Source: Zygnema circumcarinatum SAG 698-1b (Eukaryota > Plantae > Zygnematophyceae). From it: DNA of 64,000 nucleotides. The position numbers and the translations under genes are program-made. Every line of letters begins with the position of its first letter. The first letter of the stretch is position 1. This document shows, in pieces, positions 37,906 through 51,645 of this stretch. The notes under the pieces are model-generated. The model ran no database searches. It was not told the DNA's origin and was given only the letters and a program-made list of their open reading frames with translations. The DNA lies in assembly GCA_037447605.1 (NCBI GenBank), contig CM074811.1, forward strand, positions 3,658,001 to 3,722,000, read 5' to 3'.

Positions 37906-40900
37906 TCAGGAAAAGATGAACCTGCTTAGCGCCCCCCTGCATACCCCAAACACGCGGCGGCTCAGGAAGCAATCTCAATGCACGCACAACCTGCCTCCAT
38001 CAGCGGCAGGGGCAGGCCCGAGAGCTGCGCCTGCCGGCAGCACCCATGAGCAAGCACCCACACGCCCAAAGGTGCGGCAGCGGCAAGCAGGCGAGAGGGC
38101 GGCCGGCCCGTACCACAAGCCGGTCGGCGGAGCGGGCTTCCTGCGCAGCGCAGCACAATGAAAGAGGGAATCAGTGCGGCAATTGCCAAGTGTCCAGACC
38201 ACCGATGGCCCACGGGTCACTGAGATCTCTGCGTTTTGGAAAGGCAGACAAAGACCAAGCTTTTCACATCGATTTCTCAGCAGTCCGTGTCAGTCTCCTC
38301 GCCTCCTCCAAGTTTAGCAAACTAAGTTTCAAAGGAGCTACTCTGGCAGTCGTGATGTGCAACAGAAAAAGGGACAGACCGTGGTCATCGTGAAACTAGC
38401 ACTTATGGCAGAAACCCCCCTTGCGTCATAGAAAGTAAGAGTTTTGGTGTGCAGTCTACTGCCACTCACTTTCTCCCATCAATCGCATAACCGAGTTCTT
38501 CAGAAGACGGCTCGTCCTCAAACGCTTCCACAAGCTTATAGTCTTCTTTTCCGGGTCCGAGGTCCTGCCGCCGGAACACCTCAAACGGGCCGGGATACGC
38601 CTTCCTGCCAATAGTAAAGCAGCTGCTATAACCTCACCATCCACACCTCTTGCCGCACATTTTGGGCATCACTCCAATTTCTTCTGGGCATGTGAGGAAA
38701 GTAGCCACGCGACTAGGGGAGAAGGGCAGTAAATGATTGCACACCTGAGGGCACCAAGTATGGGGAACTGCGTGCCAGAGATATAAAGCAGGCGGAAGTG
38801 ATAGCACAGATAGAAAGACGCCGCAAACTGCAGACGCTTGTCTCGCCCAGAGATCTGCCACGGCACGGCACATCCCGTGAGCAGTCTCTGCTCAATTGCA
38901 GTCCTCCCCCCTCTCGCCACTCCTCTCCTCTCCTTCCCTACCTGTACGATGCTTAATTCTACATGCTGCTGGAACACATTCTCGCACGGACTCAATCTAA
39001 CCTCAGCAACTCGCAAACTAAAACGGGACATGAGGAGGCAGCCTTCAGAAATAGTAGGAAGGGAGCAAGAAAGAGCAGAGCGCAAAAAATGTGCAACTTC
39101 AAACGACAACTCCATAATTGCATAAATGACATTCCACCAAGCACATACATCAGGCTTTGCCTTTCCCAGCAGTAACCCATCAGGATTGTGATGGTCCCAA
39201 AGAAAGCAACGGGAAAAAACCAACAAAAAGTAGGACAGACCTGCATTACGCCTCCAGCACCCGGCAAGTCCTGCAGCGCCCCCCCCAGAGAAGCGTCAGT
39301 CTGCACCTGCGGAAGATGAGGCCATGGAGGAGGCAGGCAGGCAGTGGAGGAGTGCCTCTCTGACGGTGAATTGCAGGCTGCCCTTCAACCACCCTCCGCA
39401 GTCCGCAAGTCTACGGAAACTGTTCGGCAAGTTGGGCAAGTTGGCCAAGTTGGGCAAGTTGGGCAGCTGCCTCCTGTTGAGGCCTGCAATGGGGCTCACC
39501 TTCAGCCTAGGATTGATGATGATGAACGGCCGGCTCCCGGCAGCCGTGGCCATGGCTTCCAAGTCCTGCAGCGGCACAATCCCATATGCTCACGTCTGCT
39601 GTCCCGCTGCAGCCTAGCACTACCTTCATGCGTATGTAGTGTCTTCTTTATGTAAAAATAGCCACTGACTACTCTTGTGTAAGCCAGTCTAAATGGCTGG
39701 ATTGGCTCGTTTCTGCAGTGGGGAACCACTGATGAATAGTTTCCAGAAATTGGCAACGCATAATGGAACTCTTAACCAGGTATCCACAAATAGATGTTGG
39801 AGCATCACCAAAACAGCCTCTAACCAAACATCACCGGCAATAGTGTAAAGACCACTTCAATGCATACAACCAGAACGAATCTTGAGTTAGCTTCACTCAA
39901 TTCCAGGCAGTATAAGCATGAGTCTAGGCAGCATAAGAATAAGTCTAAGCAGCATAAGTCTGCAGTTCCCGAGTACTATTTCCCAAAATTCCATGTTTGC
40001 TAAAGCCTAAAGGCAAGGTCGGCATGCGAAGCAGCTCACATCGATGATACAGTTGCCCACTGCATTCTGCGGAGCCATCAGCACGAACACATCATCCTCA
40101 GGCTTCACCTCAGCTGCCCCTGCAACATGGGAGAGCACAAACCATCACAAATTTCAGCCTGTGCACACATTGTGTCAACCATCTAAAAATTCTTGAGAGT
40201 AGCAAGGAGTTTACTAATGCAAAGGTACCGCAATGCATAATAGCATACAATAGGTACATTTGATGACATCGCCATCGTGAGATCAATGCCATATCCTTTT
40301 CTTCACAATAGCATGGCCAAGCCCACATCGGTGGGAAAAGGAGGGCAGCACTGCATGAGGCCACTACCGTATCCACATCGGCAAGAGGGAGACTGTATGT
40401 ACCCACAGCGCCAATGTTGATGAACTCCCCTTTGGCCCCATAGTCCCCCCAGTCCATGGCTTCCAGCATGCGCCGAGTCCCCGCCAGTGCCAACGGCATG
40501 CCCGCGAACACGCCCTCGCCCATAGAGCCCTGCACGCACACCTGCCGCCCTCCCCCCCCAACCAACACAGACGCCATAAGGATGAACAGAATCTTATACA
40601 TGCGGTTAGACGACAATGCAACGGACCCTGCCACACATACAAGTGTGATTCATCATGTATCACCGAAGTGAGATGTCCACAGGCCATGAAGCCTGAAGTG
40701 CCTTGTTCAGTAATAGGTTGCAACTCTGCAGCAAGCGCCTACGCACACTAAAACTGAGTCCTTTGGTGCACTGCACTGCGTTTGCTCGAGTCCATAAGCC
40801 CACATGGCGCGGGCATGACAGGGTAGAGGAAAAAATTGAGGCCGAGGTAGCAAAGCCAAACGAGAGTCATCTCTGGATGCTTCCTGCCCCACATGAAGGG

Positions 40901-43900
40901 TGCCGGTCGACTGGAAGGGACAGTGTGGAAAGAAATACATACATGCAATGGAGATAGTTATCGGCCACAAGGCGAGCTAGCTACGACAGCAACATTCAAT
41001 TATCTTTAAACAGCGCGGTCCACGCACAGCTGAGCTCTGCTCTGACCTCTCATTCACGTGCATAAAAACTGCAGCATACAACTCCTATATCCAGTGCAAT
41101 GATATGAGCATTCCGGAAAATCATCTCTCATGTCCAACTCCATCCGCCCAACGCACTCACCCGCACTCTCTTGCCATCGTTTGCAAATGCGAAAGCCACC
41201 TCGCGCACGAGTTCCAACAACGTGCCGATGCGGTACACGTCCTGCCTCCCACCAATGCACGAAGAGGCACCTCCGTTACTTTTGCCCCGAAACGGAAAAA
41301 GACAGACTCGGTGAGTTTGCCATCTGGCAATTGTCCGGCAGTGACAGTGCCTTGTACTCGGCATCATCATATGGCGACATCCTCCCATTCACGTTTGTCA
41401 AACTACAATGACAAACCGACGCTCATATCCAAGTAAGTGTCGGAGAACCATCAAATGGATAAAAACACGGCTTGCTTAGCAGTTAAGCTGGTTGCAGCCA
41501 TGCAGTTACGTGAAGGATGCTTAGAAAGGGTATTCCAGAAACAACATAAACATACAAAATAGCGCAATACGGACGAACGCATGTGGCGATGGAACCTCTT
41601 TTTAGCATTCCCCTAAAAAGATGAACTCAGAACATTTCTCTGTTTATCAATATCTTGCATGCCACTTCAGAACATCATTCCTAGAAGCGTCCAAACGAAC
41701 GTACTCTGCAAAGGACTGGGTAAAGTTTTACGTGAAGCTGCATCCACTGATCAGCGTCTAGTGCAGTTAGGCTGAAAAAGCAACTCACCATTTCTGGGTT
41801 CAGCTCGGGAATGAGGAGAAGGATCTGCACCGACATGGCAAGAGCACATCAGAACACACACTGCATAAAAAAGACTGCTATTTGGGCGAGATTCTAGAGT
41901 AGTCCGTTGCATTATACTATGAAAGTGACATTCTCTGTACGCCTTTCAGAGCAAGCCGGCTGATTCCCACGTTCAGTAGAGACGGCCTCCCTTACATCAT
42001 TCTCTGGCAAGACTCTCAATGCAATTGTTGCAAACAATGTTTGGCTATAAAACTACTACTTAAATAATAATAAGAACGATATCCATTTAAAACAAACACT
42101 TGTCACCAAAGTGAGGACGCATTCCTCACTTAAGGGATAGGAGACATGATCGATGCCATCACATCGAATCTTTTCTATAGAAAACGAGTGTCTAAAGGAA
42201 ACAATTCCGCTGCGGTTTGCATCACAATCGCGATTGTACAGGCTTGGCAGATCCGCGAAACTGTGTGTAAAAGTTAACTGTTAGAGTCCACTTCTATAGA
42301 GGTCCTTCAATCAAGCAACAGCGCGGAATTTTGCTATTTACCTTGAGCCTGGATTTGCCTGCTTCCACAGCGGCCTTTGCTGCTTCACAGACGTCCTTGT
42401 AAAAGTACTGTCGAATTTCTCGGCCATGAGGAATGGAATTGAGCCTCGTCGGTATTCCACGCCAGCTAGATTTCTAAAGCCAGACAATGACAGGGCGGAC
42501 ACATGATGCAAGGATGAGACGGAGCCGGCACACCCAAGCTGTCAAAATCTCATCACAACCAGACCCCAGCTCAGGATCCTGGATAGAAGGTCGAACGACT
42601 CTGAACATGCCATGAGCCATTTACATCTGAACGGGAAGAAGCAGAGAGGTAAGGGCTTCAGGAAGAAGTTTGGGCGATGCTCAAATATCCTTCCTTACCC
42701 CAGAGCCTCGTCAATCATGTGGATGGATATGTAGTGTACCCAGAAACTGTGTTCCAGTTGATGTCAAAGGAACAACCTAAGCTCTGACTTTGCCATACAT
42801 TCAACTGATCCCTTTCTTGAGAATCTTGCTCGAAGTTTACCACAAAAAAATCGACAGGATCCAAAGATACTAGAAGATTTAGCAACATTTCAAGGAAAAA
42901 TTCCTTGACTAATTTACGTTCAATATCTAGTCTGAGCTGCTTACCACGAATTGATGCAAACCTTCTCACATGGAGCCGATGTGAGAACTCTTCAGTCAAG
43001 AATACTTAGATTGGTTCGTACTCTCTTTGTTGCCTAGTTAAGTAACATATTACATCGAAGATGAGAGCCTGACAGGAATTACTACGCAAAAGGAGAACGA
43101 GCATACCTTGGCAGAAGCAGACGGAGCTCTTCCGTTCGTGCTCTGGGCGTGTACACCGACATCCATGGTGCAACAACGCACCCCCACAGGAACTCCGTTT
43201 TAGGTTACTGCACGCGAAAACTTCTCATGCTCGCATATCATTAGAAATAAAGTCTGCACAACACGATGGGGTGGAACCAATAGCCTTCATACATCTGCAC
43301 TCGCACTCAATAACTTCAAGAGGAAGCGATGGATCGAAGGCTACCGACGAGGACCACTAGAGACCCCCTAAACATAGTTCCTTACTGATTCAAGTATCAA
43401 CATTAGGCTCAGCCGTATTAAAAATGTGTTGGCGCCTGTCCAGATGCGCCACGAAAAGACATACTCACGCAAGAGATGCAATCATCCATGACAAGTACCT
43501 CAAGTGAACAAGCAATAACAAAAAAAAAATGAGGAAACGTACGTCATTTGCATCTTGTGCAACAAAGGCATTACCCATTAAGGACAAGCTTGAAGCGAGG
43601 GAGCGGGAACTAACTACGATAAGCTTCACTATGTTAGCATCCTCTCTACTTTTGGTGAGTTCAGCTAGAACCCCTGCAGACACTCTACTCTATGTCCTGC
43701 CTAGGACGTACTTCTAGCAGTCGATGACATACATTCCTTAGAAACCATGGATCTCTGACAAAAACAGAGTCATGACTTCACTGAATAGCTGCACTACCTA
43801 ACGCTAGCAGCGAGGGAACGGACCTCGTCCGCCTTTGCCTGCAGTTCGCTCAGAATCTTGTCAAGGTCTGCAAAGACATCCGCCTTGGGCCGAGCGCCAT

Positions 43901-46811
43901 CAACCTGCACATTACACCACGATCACCACATCACAGAGGAAGGTAACCAGGGCTTGCTGAATATTGTAACCAATTTTGCAATTCGAGCAGCTGCTACCAC
44001 GGAGGTCTGCATTCTAACTTTCTACATTCCTCATGGAGCACGCAGGAAATCTGAAAAGCCTCAGTGATACCGTCTAACCCCGTCGAATCGAATTAACAAG
44101 TAACCCAGCGGCGAAATACAGCACCACGTGGAGGTAATGAGGAAGGCTGTTTGCCAATCTTACCGTTGTAAGAATATTTGCGTATGAAGACAACACTGAA
44201 TCCAGATTTTCTTTATGCGTCTTTAAGCGCGTCTTCACCTGTATTCATCCTCCCGAAGGCAACATCCTCAGCATCCGTTTCAAAGTTTGAGTTTTTTAAA
44301 TGCATCACAGTTACGAATTCATGACTGCACAGGTTCTGTCATATTATATCCTCCAAAATCATTTCATACACAACAGCTCGATTTGCTGTGAAGAATATCT
44401 GCCACTTATTACTGGTTACCCTAACAACGATCATTCATTTTGGCTAGTGACTTACCACGGGCCACTCTCCGTGAATTTTTCCCGTTTTCTTTTGGGAATT
44501 CAGGGCATTGGGAAGGTTCAGAATATCTGGAGAATCACGTGTTCCAAACATGTGGCACGATCACTGGGCAATAAGCCGATTCACAAAGCTAGCTCGTAAC
44601 GTACGGTCAATAAGAACACACCTTCTCTTCAGTATCATCACTGCGTTGAGTTAAGCGGGCGGCAATCTCATCGTTCTCAGGTGGAGAAAATGTCAAGTGA
44701 TAAATCTTGCCGGTCACCGGATCAAGCCGTCGACCCACTACTCTCTCAACTAAGAGTTCATCAGGAACCTGCAGGTAAAGTGCCTCAACAACCTCAACAA
44801 TGGTGATGTTTCACTTCTTTAACAACCAGAAAAGGATCATAAAATATATCCAACACAGTGAAGCTCGAGGCAACAACGCTCAATGTGACAATATGGTAAA
44901 TTGTACGTGACTTCGACGAAGCAACTATTAAAACTAAATGCAACGACTTTATGTAATCACAAAGTCCATTTTGCCTTTTTCCATGTACATTTGATGGCCT
45001 TCCCATAGTGAGATTCAGCCCGAATCATTCTAAAAAATGACTTATTCCTTATGTGATCATTGCGTTCCACACGAGGTCTCCAGAATTACCATGGCCAGAA
45101 TTGATGAAAGGATACTTCAGTCAGCCTGTAGACATCGATCGATTTTTGGACGGCGGATATTGTGATACAGATCATGGCTTGACTTTGAATGCCAGCTCCC
45201 TAAGCTTTTTTCTCCTCAGGCTTAATTGTTTCATACTTTCAACAAAAAGGGAGAAAGCCCTTGACTTACATCCAAGAGGATGAAGATTTGCGGTAGAATC
45301 TCAGCAGCCATAAGAGCGGCTGCTTGCGTTGCACTCCTGGGATAGCCATCCAACAGCCATCCGTTCTCCTGGGCGTCGGCCTGAGCAAGCCTGTTCTTCA
45401 CAATCTGGACCCGCCATACAAGTAGACAGGGTTTATCACCTCAAACTAAACATGTGAAGTGAAGTGGTGGTACGGAGACCGCTTCTCCATCAATATATTT
45501 GGGAGACAATCCACTAAAGGGGAAATCTTTCCATGCACAACGCCTGTGACAAAAATAAAACCAATGATACTGTGGCAGGCAGACCTGTGACTTACAGTGA
45601 TGACAACGTCATCTGGAACAAGGACGCCAGCATCCATGAACGCTTTCACTTGCTTCCCATATTCAGTCTCGGCCGCTACTTCCGCTCGGAGCAGATCACC
45701 AGCAGATATATGAGCCAATCCGTACTGCAGACCAGTTCAGCAAAGCGTCAGTCTGTTCAACGGAACATAAGCACAGGACGACAGTGTCCCTTGGTATCAA
45801 GACTCGACATGCAATATAGCGCAACACAAGCATCAAACATTGGATACGAATCGCTCATAAGTCCGACTACGCTGCCCTGTGCGCTCACCTTCTTGACAAT
45901 TTCCTCACACTGCGTTCCCTTCCCAGATGCTGGAGCTCCAGATATGATCACTTTCAGAGGTCTCGAAGGAGCTGCAGCTGTCTCCATCGGCTGCAAAATT
46001 CACGGAGCCTCTACTTATCAGCCCGCAACAAGCACTAGCTGAAGAAAATGGCCTCCTCACTCTCAAGGCCAGGCCGGGGTCCAACTCGGCAACTGACTCA
46101 ATTTGGCTACTGCTAAGATATAATGATCAATTCATCCCACATAGTTCGTTACTCCAAACGTTTGTAGCAATATGACGAAAATATTGTTGCTTGAGCATCA
46201 AAGGAAAATGGAAAGCAAGAGCTTTCGTGTACTTGAACAACTCCGGCGAAGCGACAAGTCAACATAACACTGGAAGGCAAGGTCGGAAGGCGTGATGACA
46301 CAGCCAGCACTTTTGTCCGCACATTGTTCCAGTGAACCCGCAAATTGCGTCGTCTGCCAACTGTTTACATCATAATAGAACTTGCGCAGAATGCGGCCCC
46401 CAAAGGTGCAAGTGACAAGAGAAGGTTAAGGCGCAAATACGAGCTCCTGGGGGCACTGCTAACGCACAGCACAGCACAGCACAGCAGAGAGGGCTGCGGG
46501 TTGCTCACTCTCGCTTCCGCCTTCTCTGTCGATGCTGCAGGAGCTTTCACGCGCTTCCCAGACACGGGAGAAGAGCTTGGAATCGACCATAACCTTGAAT
46601 CTTCAGGCAATGAAATGGCTTGGGTGCTCTTACCAATCATGCTACTCTCTAATTTAAGAAAACAGCAACGGCGAGAAGACATTCTTATGGCTTTTTGATT
46701 TGATCCTTGAACTTGAAACGAAGGCAGGGAGAGTGGAGGTTGCTTGGCAGACGTGCCAGCAGACATGGCTGCAAGGGGAAGAGAATGGCAGAGCGTGAGA
46801 GGGTGCGCCAT
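37906..46811 (-). CDS. AMK5: Plastid adenylate kinase fused to DUF1995 (AMK5/At5g35170-type)
   Basis: P-loop exon KVIISGAPASGKGTQCE, then HISAGDLLRAE, GWLLDGYPR, LID VGRRLDPVTGKIYH, DDTEEK. DUF1995 part: WRGIPTRLNSIPH, IPELNPEM|DVYRIGTL, VCVQGSMGEG, APQNAVGNCIID, FRLLY...FPILGALR, ending GLW|GALSRFIFS* (stop 37908-37906). The start codon (46811 or 46766) is uncertain. Confidence 0.93.
39428..39463. repeat. 9-bp tandem repeat x4 (caagttggg)
   Basis: Intronic in AMK5. Confidence 0.9.
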
Positions 46812-47049
46812 GGCTGCAAGAAGAGTGTCCGTGTGCAGGACGGGACGGAACTACTGGGCTGCTTCGGTCGGAGCCAGCCTCGCAGGGCAGCGCAGCGCGC
46901 TGGAGCTAGTACGGTACACAGTACGGTAACATCCGTCCGCCCGCCGAGTTCAGACGCCAGGCGGGCGCCGGGCGCGCTGGTCGCTGCTCGCTGCTGCTCT
47001 CCTGCGCGAGCGAGCGAGCAAGGAAGATACACCTCCTCTTCATCTGGCC

Positions 47050-50000
47050 ATGGCCGAGGCCGAAGCCGAGGCCGAGGCGGGGCCCTCTCCTGCCCCTCAC
47101 CCGAGCGAACCTGCTGGAGGCAGCAGGGCAGCTGACGCCAGCATCGTGGACGAGCTCATGAGCGAGCACGACGACTTCCGGGCGGAGGAGGAGCTTGACG
47201 ACCCTTACCACGAGCGCCACCGCGCTGGGGATGTCATGTGCGCTCGATTTCCATAGCCTCGACCACTGGATCACTGTGGTCGCCGCGTTTAGCAACACCG
47301 TGTCGTCTTTTTTCAACATTTTCTGAATTCTCCTTACAGTAATCGAATGAAAATTGAGATTGCCGCTCCTTCATCTGAAAGCGTCGATCGCGTGGTCTCG
47401 TTGCGCACAATGTCATCATGTCTGGAAAATTCTTGAAAGTGTCACATAGAATAAGGGCAGTGGCCTCCTCCCAATTGCATAATAACCTACATGAATATTT
47501 TTCGTTACTAGGTATATCAATATCTGGGTTGGTGCAAAAAAATTGACCGCCGAAGGTTTTTTTCACAAGAAGCTCAATTTCCTTCCCTCTAATGACACTC
47601 CTGGTTTAACGGTGGATACGTCTCTTGTCCTCCGACCAATTCATGCGATTTAAGGCTCCATGCTCGAATCCTCAATTATGAGCATTTGACGAGCATTCGA
47701 CGGTCTCTGCCATTTTTCTCGAGTGGCTTTGCTTACCTATTTTGTTGATGCCTGGCAGTGTCGAGGATGTCGCCCAGACGACAGCCACCTCGGCCAAATC
47801 GTTTTTGAACGGCATAGTGAGTTTCTTGTCGTTGAAGAGTCCATATCCTGTATTTGAAAACGTCGGGCGTTCAAACTATGCATGGCGACTGGCTATCACC
47901 TCATAGTAGCTGAATGGCATTGTAAGGATTACAATGTTCATTGCAACTCTGTTCGTCTAGCAGCATCCTCGTAAGATATTAGTCACCGATCTGTTTTTTA
48001 ATTATCTTGTTAGTCCTTGTTGCAGCCTACAGAACGCAGTTCCTTGACTTACAGGAGGTCTAGGGCTTCAGAAGTGAAGGAGGATTTGGAGAGCGTTAAA
48101 TATGGAAGAGGCTCGGGCATGAAGGAGTACGAAGCACATAGTAAGTCCTGCAGCAATGTTTTTGGGCAGAATCTTTATTCCAAGCCATTTGGGTCCTAAA
48201 AGACTCGTGTCGAGAGTATGAAGCTGCTTCCCTTTGTATCACATCCCTCGTCCTTGGTGGCTTGTAATGTACAGAGATCGATGGACATGAAGGGCTCAAA
48301 GCTTTTTTTTGCAATTGTTTGCAACAGACGAGTCAGCCAGTGGTCTAGTCACGAGCACAGCGAGCACATCGGGGAAGCGATCAGTTGCACAAGAGCCTAA
48401 GTCCGTTCCTGGAACATCGACAAAGTTCCATGTTAGAGAAAGAAAGGGTCATGGTGTGAGGTACTTCATTATCAAGAGCCTTAATCACCACAACATTGCG
48501 AAATCGATCGAGAACGGCATTTGGGCGACTCAACAGATGAATGAGCCGACCTTGAATGAGGCATTTGAGGTATGGAATTACTCTGCGTGGAGGTCTGACA
48601 TGTAATTTGATGAGAGTTTGTTGCTCAATTTGCTCAGTTCACACCAATGCATGTATTTCGGATGTTTTTTATCATCATTCAGATATTAGAAAAGTTTCGG
48701 GTTCATTAGCGTTTTCTTCATATCTTTTCATTGCTAGAATTATTACATCGTGTAATCGATTTGGCAAAAATATGTCAGTTAATGCTCACCGGCGTCAGGA
48801 ACGCAGTTTTTGGTGCTACCATGCATGCGTTCGGCCTGCATAGTTAGGCAGAGTTGGCGCTGCTGCAGGGGGTCACTGCAACATTTGGTTGTTCGGAAGC
48901 CCAATCTTTTCTTCAACTTGAAGCTCCATGGGGTGCTGCAGAGTTCGGAGAAGGTGATCCTTATTTTCAGCGTAAACATGAGCGGCCATTTCCAAGGCTA
49001 TGCCCAGATGACTTCTGGAATTGGCCATCGGAGAGCACACGTGTGGAATGAAGTGGCTGAGGGTGGGAGTCCTTGGGGAGGCAGTTTTTCGGTGGAGTGG
49101 CTCCGTCTATGCGACCTTCCTTTCCAAATGACTGTTCATCTTAAAAACCCATTGAATTACTTCAAACCAGTCAAGATCAGTAGGGATGGACAGGTACCGA
49201 TTTATGTGCTGTACTGAGCCCATGCCTAATTCTCAATTCTAATTCGTGTACCGCTTGTTTGAATCTGCTGCTTGTTTGAATCTGCTGCTTGTTTGCTTGA
49301 CTGTTTTGTTGAAGTGCATCCATTTTTGTCCCACATATTTTTTTGACTTCTGCTGCGGAGGGCAAGCTGTCATTGTTTCCGCAGTTAAATGACCCCCTCG
49401 AGCTTTAGAATACCCAATATTGAAGGCAATTGCTTGTTTCGATGAGTGCTTATGTCCCGTTTTGTGCCCATTAATGGATAACTTGAACAGTAGAATGCGG
49501 AGAGCTAAGGCCAGCACTTCTCTTTGCAGGAACTTACAGCAGATATCGGAGCTGCGTTATGCGCGCTCATTGATGAGGGAGTTGCTGAGAAGGATGGACT
49601 AAAACGGTGACCATTTTGAGTTTTTCCTTGCTTTGAGCTTGACGAAAAAACAACATTGAACTTAAACCTTTATTTAACGGACATTAATCTAGCTCATGTC
49701 ATCTGTGAGTTTTGAAATTCCACTTTGTAGTCCTTCACATAGATACTGAGACAAGTGGGTGCACGCTTGGAGTTGCAGGAAATCACCTGCAACTCAGCTT
49801 TCTACTTCAGATGTCTCAGCAAAGAGGATGCGTGGGGCTTTCTTTGGCGGAAGTGTTGACTCAATACGACTCGCAGTCCAGCCTTACTTCCCGGGAGTGC
49901 ATTCACTGTACCATGGAATGGGAGCTCGCATCCACTACGAGAACGACTATGGAGTGGATGAAATGGTGACCAGGCAAGGAGGCAACCTGCACCCGAGAGC

Positions 50001-51645
50001 GAACCCCTGCAACCCGCGAGTGGCGAGTGCAGGGCCATGCTTCGACTCGTCGCAGCTCCCAAGGCCGCGGCGGGCCATGGCTGTGCGCCCACCCTTGCTG
50101 GACCGCGCGCGGGAGGCAGGTGCGGACTCGGCAGCAGAATGGGGCGGGGAGGGGGAGGCAGCTTTGGGAAGCCAACGAGGAGTCAATAGGAGGCAGCAGC
50201 CAGATTTGAACCTCCCTGAGGAGGAGCTTCTCAACATGGTGATTTGCTGACATGTTGCTATTCATATGCTTTGATTATTTTATTTTGGAGACTGCTCAGA
50301 TGATTGGAGCGGTGATAGTATTCAGTGCTTTAGTTCTTGGTCTCTACAGTCCGTGTGCTTGGTGGTGTCCATGTTCATCTGTTCAGGAGACTGTATTTGT
50401 CTGTATTCACCTCACTGGAACAGTCAGTGAGTGGATTCTTCATTCCTTGTCGTTGACTTTGTTTGTGCAATATGTCAACCGAATGGTGCATGCCGCTTTA
50501 CAAAAATAGCGTTTAGAGTTGTGATCGTTGCACAGACTACTCCAGGAGAAGTCGATCAAGCGATTGGTCTCATGTTCATCTGAGACAGTCTTTCCAATTT
50601 TTTTTCCGTTTTGGCAACTGCATTGGTCCTTGTATCATTGTTTTTGACTCGAAGCATGATTCCATCGCATCAGGCCATAGAAACATTCCGTCTTGCCACG
50701 CTTTCTTTTATGACAGTAGCTGTTTCGCTTCATTTCTCGATAACATTTGTTGAGCTATGTTGGGTAGCGACTTATTGTGAGCGAGTTTTAATAATTGTCG
50801 TTTTGGTACGATTATAGATTTTATTTGCCGAGTGGAAGCCATCACCTTGTACTCTATCACTCTTACGACCAAAGCTTCTCTGGTCGCAACGGGGATGTGT
50901 AGCGCGCAGGGTTAAGCCTGGCATGTGGTTTGTAATGTGCAGACTTATGAGGAATACTTGGAGCGAATGGGCAGAAGCCGAGGCCATGCTCTCCATGACC
51001 AGGTGAAGCAGAGCTTGGCTCTACCCTCCCAGTCAGATCATTGACTTCAGGGTTGCAATTGGCTTGCTTTGTGTATCTGCACAAAGGTCTTTCTTTATGG
51101 TTGTTTCCATACTGTAACGTTACCTTTGGGCCGTCATTCGTGCAAGGGACGAACCAGTGCAGTATTGTTTAGTGGTCGGAAACTGGCAGGGGGCAGAAAG
51201 GCGTTTGTCGGCGGTTTCATTTGTAAATACTTGGACATCCATTTTCTGCTCCTATGACATGCAATGATGACCTGTGGGATTTTGAATGGAAAGCGGAGTT
51301 CTCGTTATCGTGACGCTGGAACTGTGTTGATAGGATGCGTTGAGTTCCGATGGATGACCTGACAGACATGGCGCTGCAGGCTTGCTGAATTTCGCTTTGT
51401 ATGCAAATGTTGCTCTGATGCTCAACCTGGATAATCATTTCGCATGGCTGCCTGATAGTCAACGATTCAGAAGGCCACTTTTTTTTCGACTGGATTTATG
51501 GTGAAGGAATTTTGAGGTTTGCCCAACTCCTTTATACGAAGTTGCTTGTTCCCTTCTGACTCAGAAGGTGTGCTCTTGTGCAGGAGCTTGGGCGACTGGG
51601 GGAGCAGGAGCAGAGCTCTGACCCAGACAGGGGCCTCAGCGGAAC
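47050..51645 (+). CDS. YTH-domain m6A reader, YTHDC/ECT12-like; 3' end unresolved (possibly to ~52330)
   Basis: RYFIIKSLNHHNIAKSIENGIWATQQMNEPTLNEAFE|SSEKVILIFSVNMSGHFQGYAQM...VW...PWGGSFSVEWL...HLKNPLN..KPVKISRDGQ|ELTADIG. C-terminal EELLNM|TYEEYL motif. No CCCH zinc fingers seen. Confidence 0.9.
49253..49295. repeat. 17-bp tandem duplication x2.5 (gcttgtttgaatctgct)
   Basis: Intronic in the YTH gene. Confidence 0.9.

Noticed and set aside
42715-42999. 94-aa intronic ORF considered as a retroelement fragment
   Set aside because: No RT, endonuclease, gag or integrase motif recognised.
47234-47566. 110-aa ORF antisense in YTH intron 1
   Set aside because: GTG start, in-frame stop shortly upstream and no recognisable motif.
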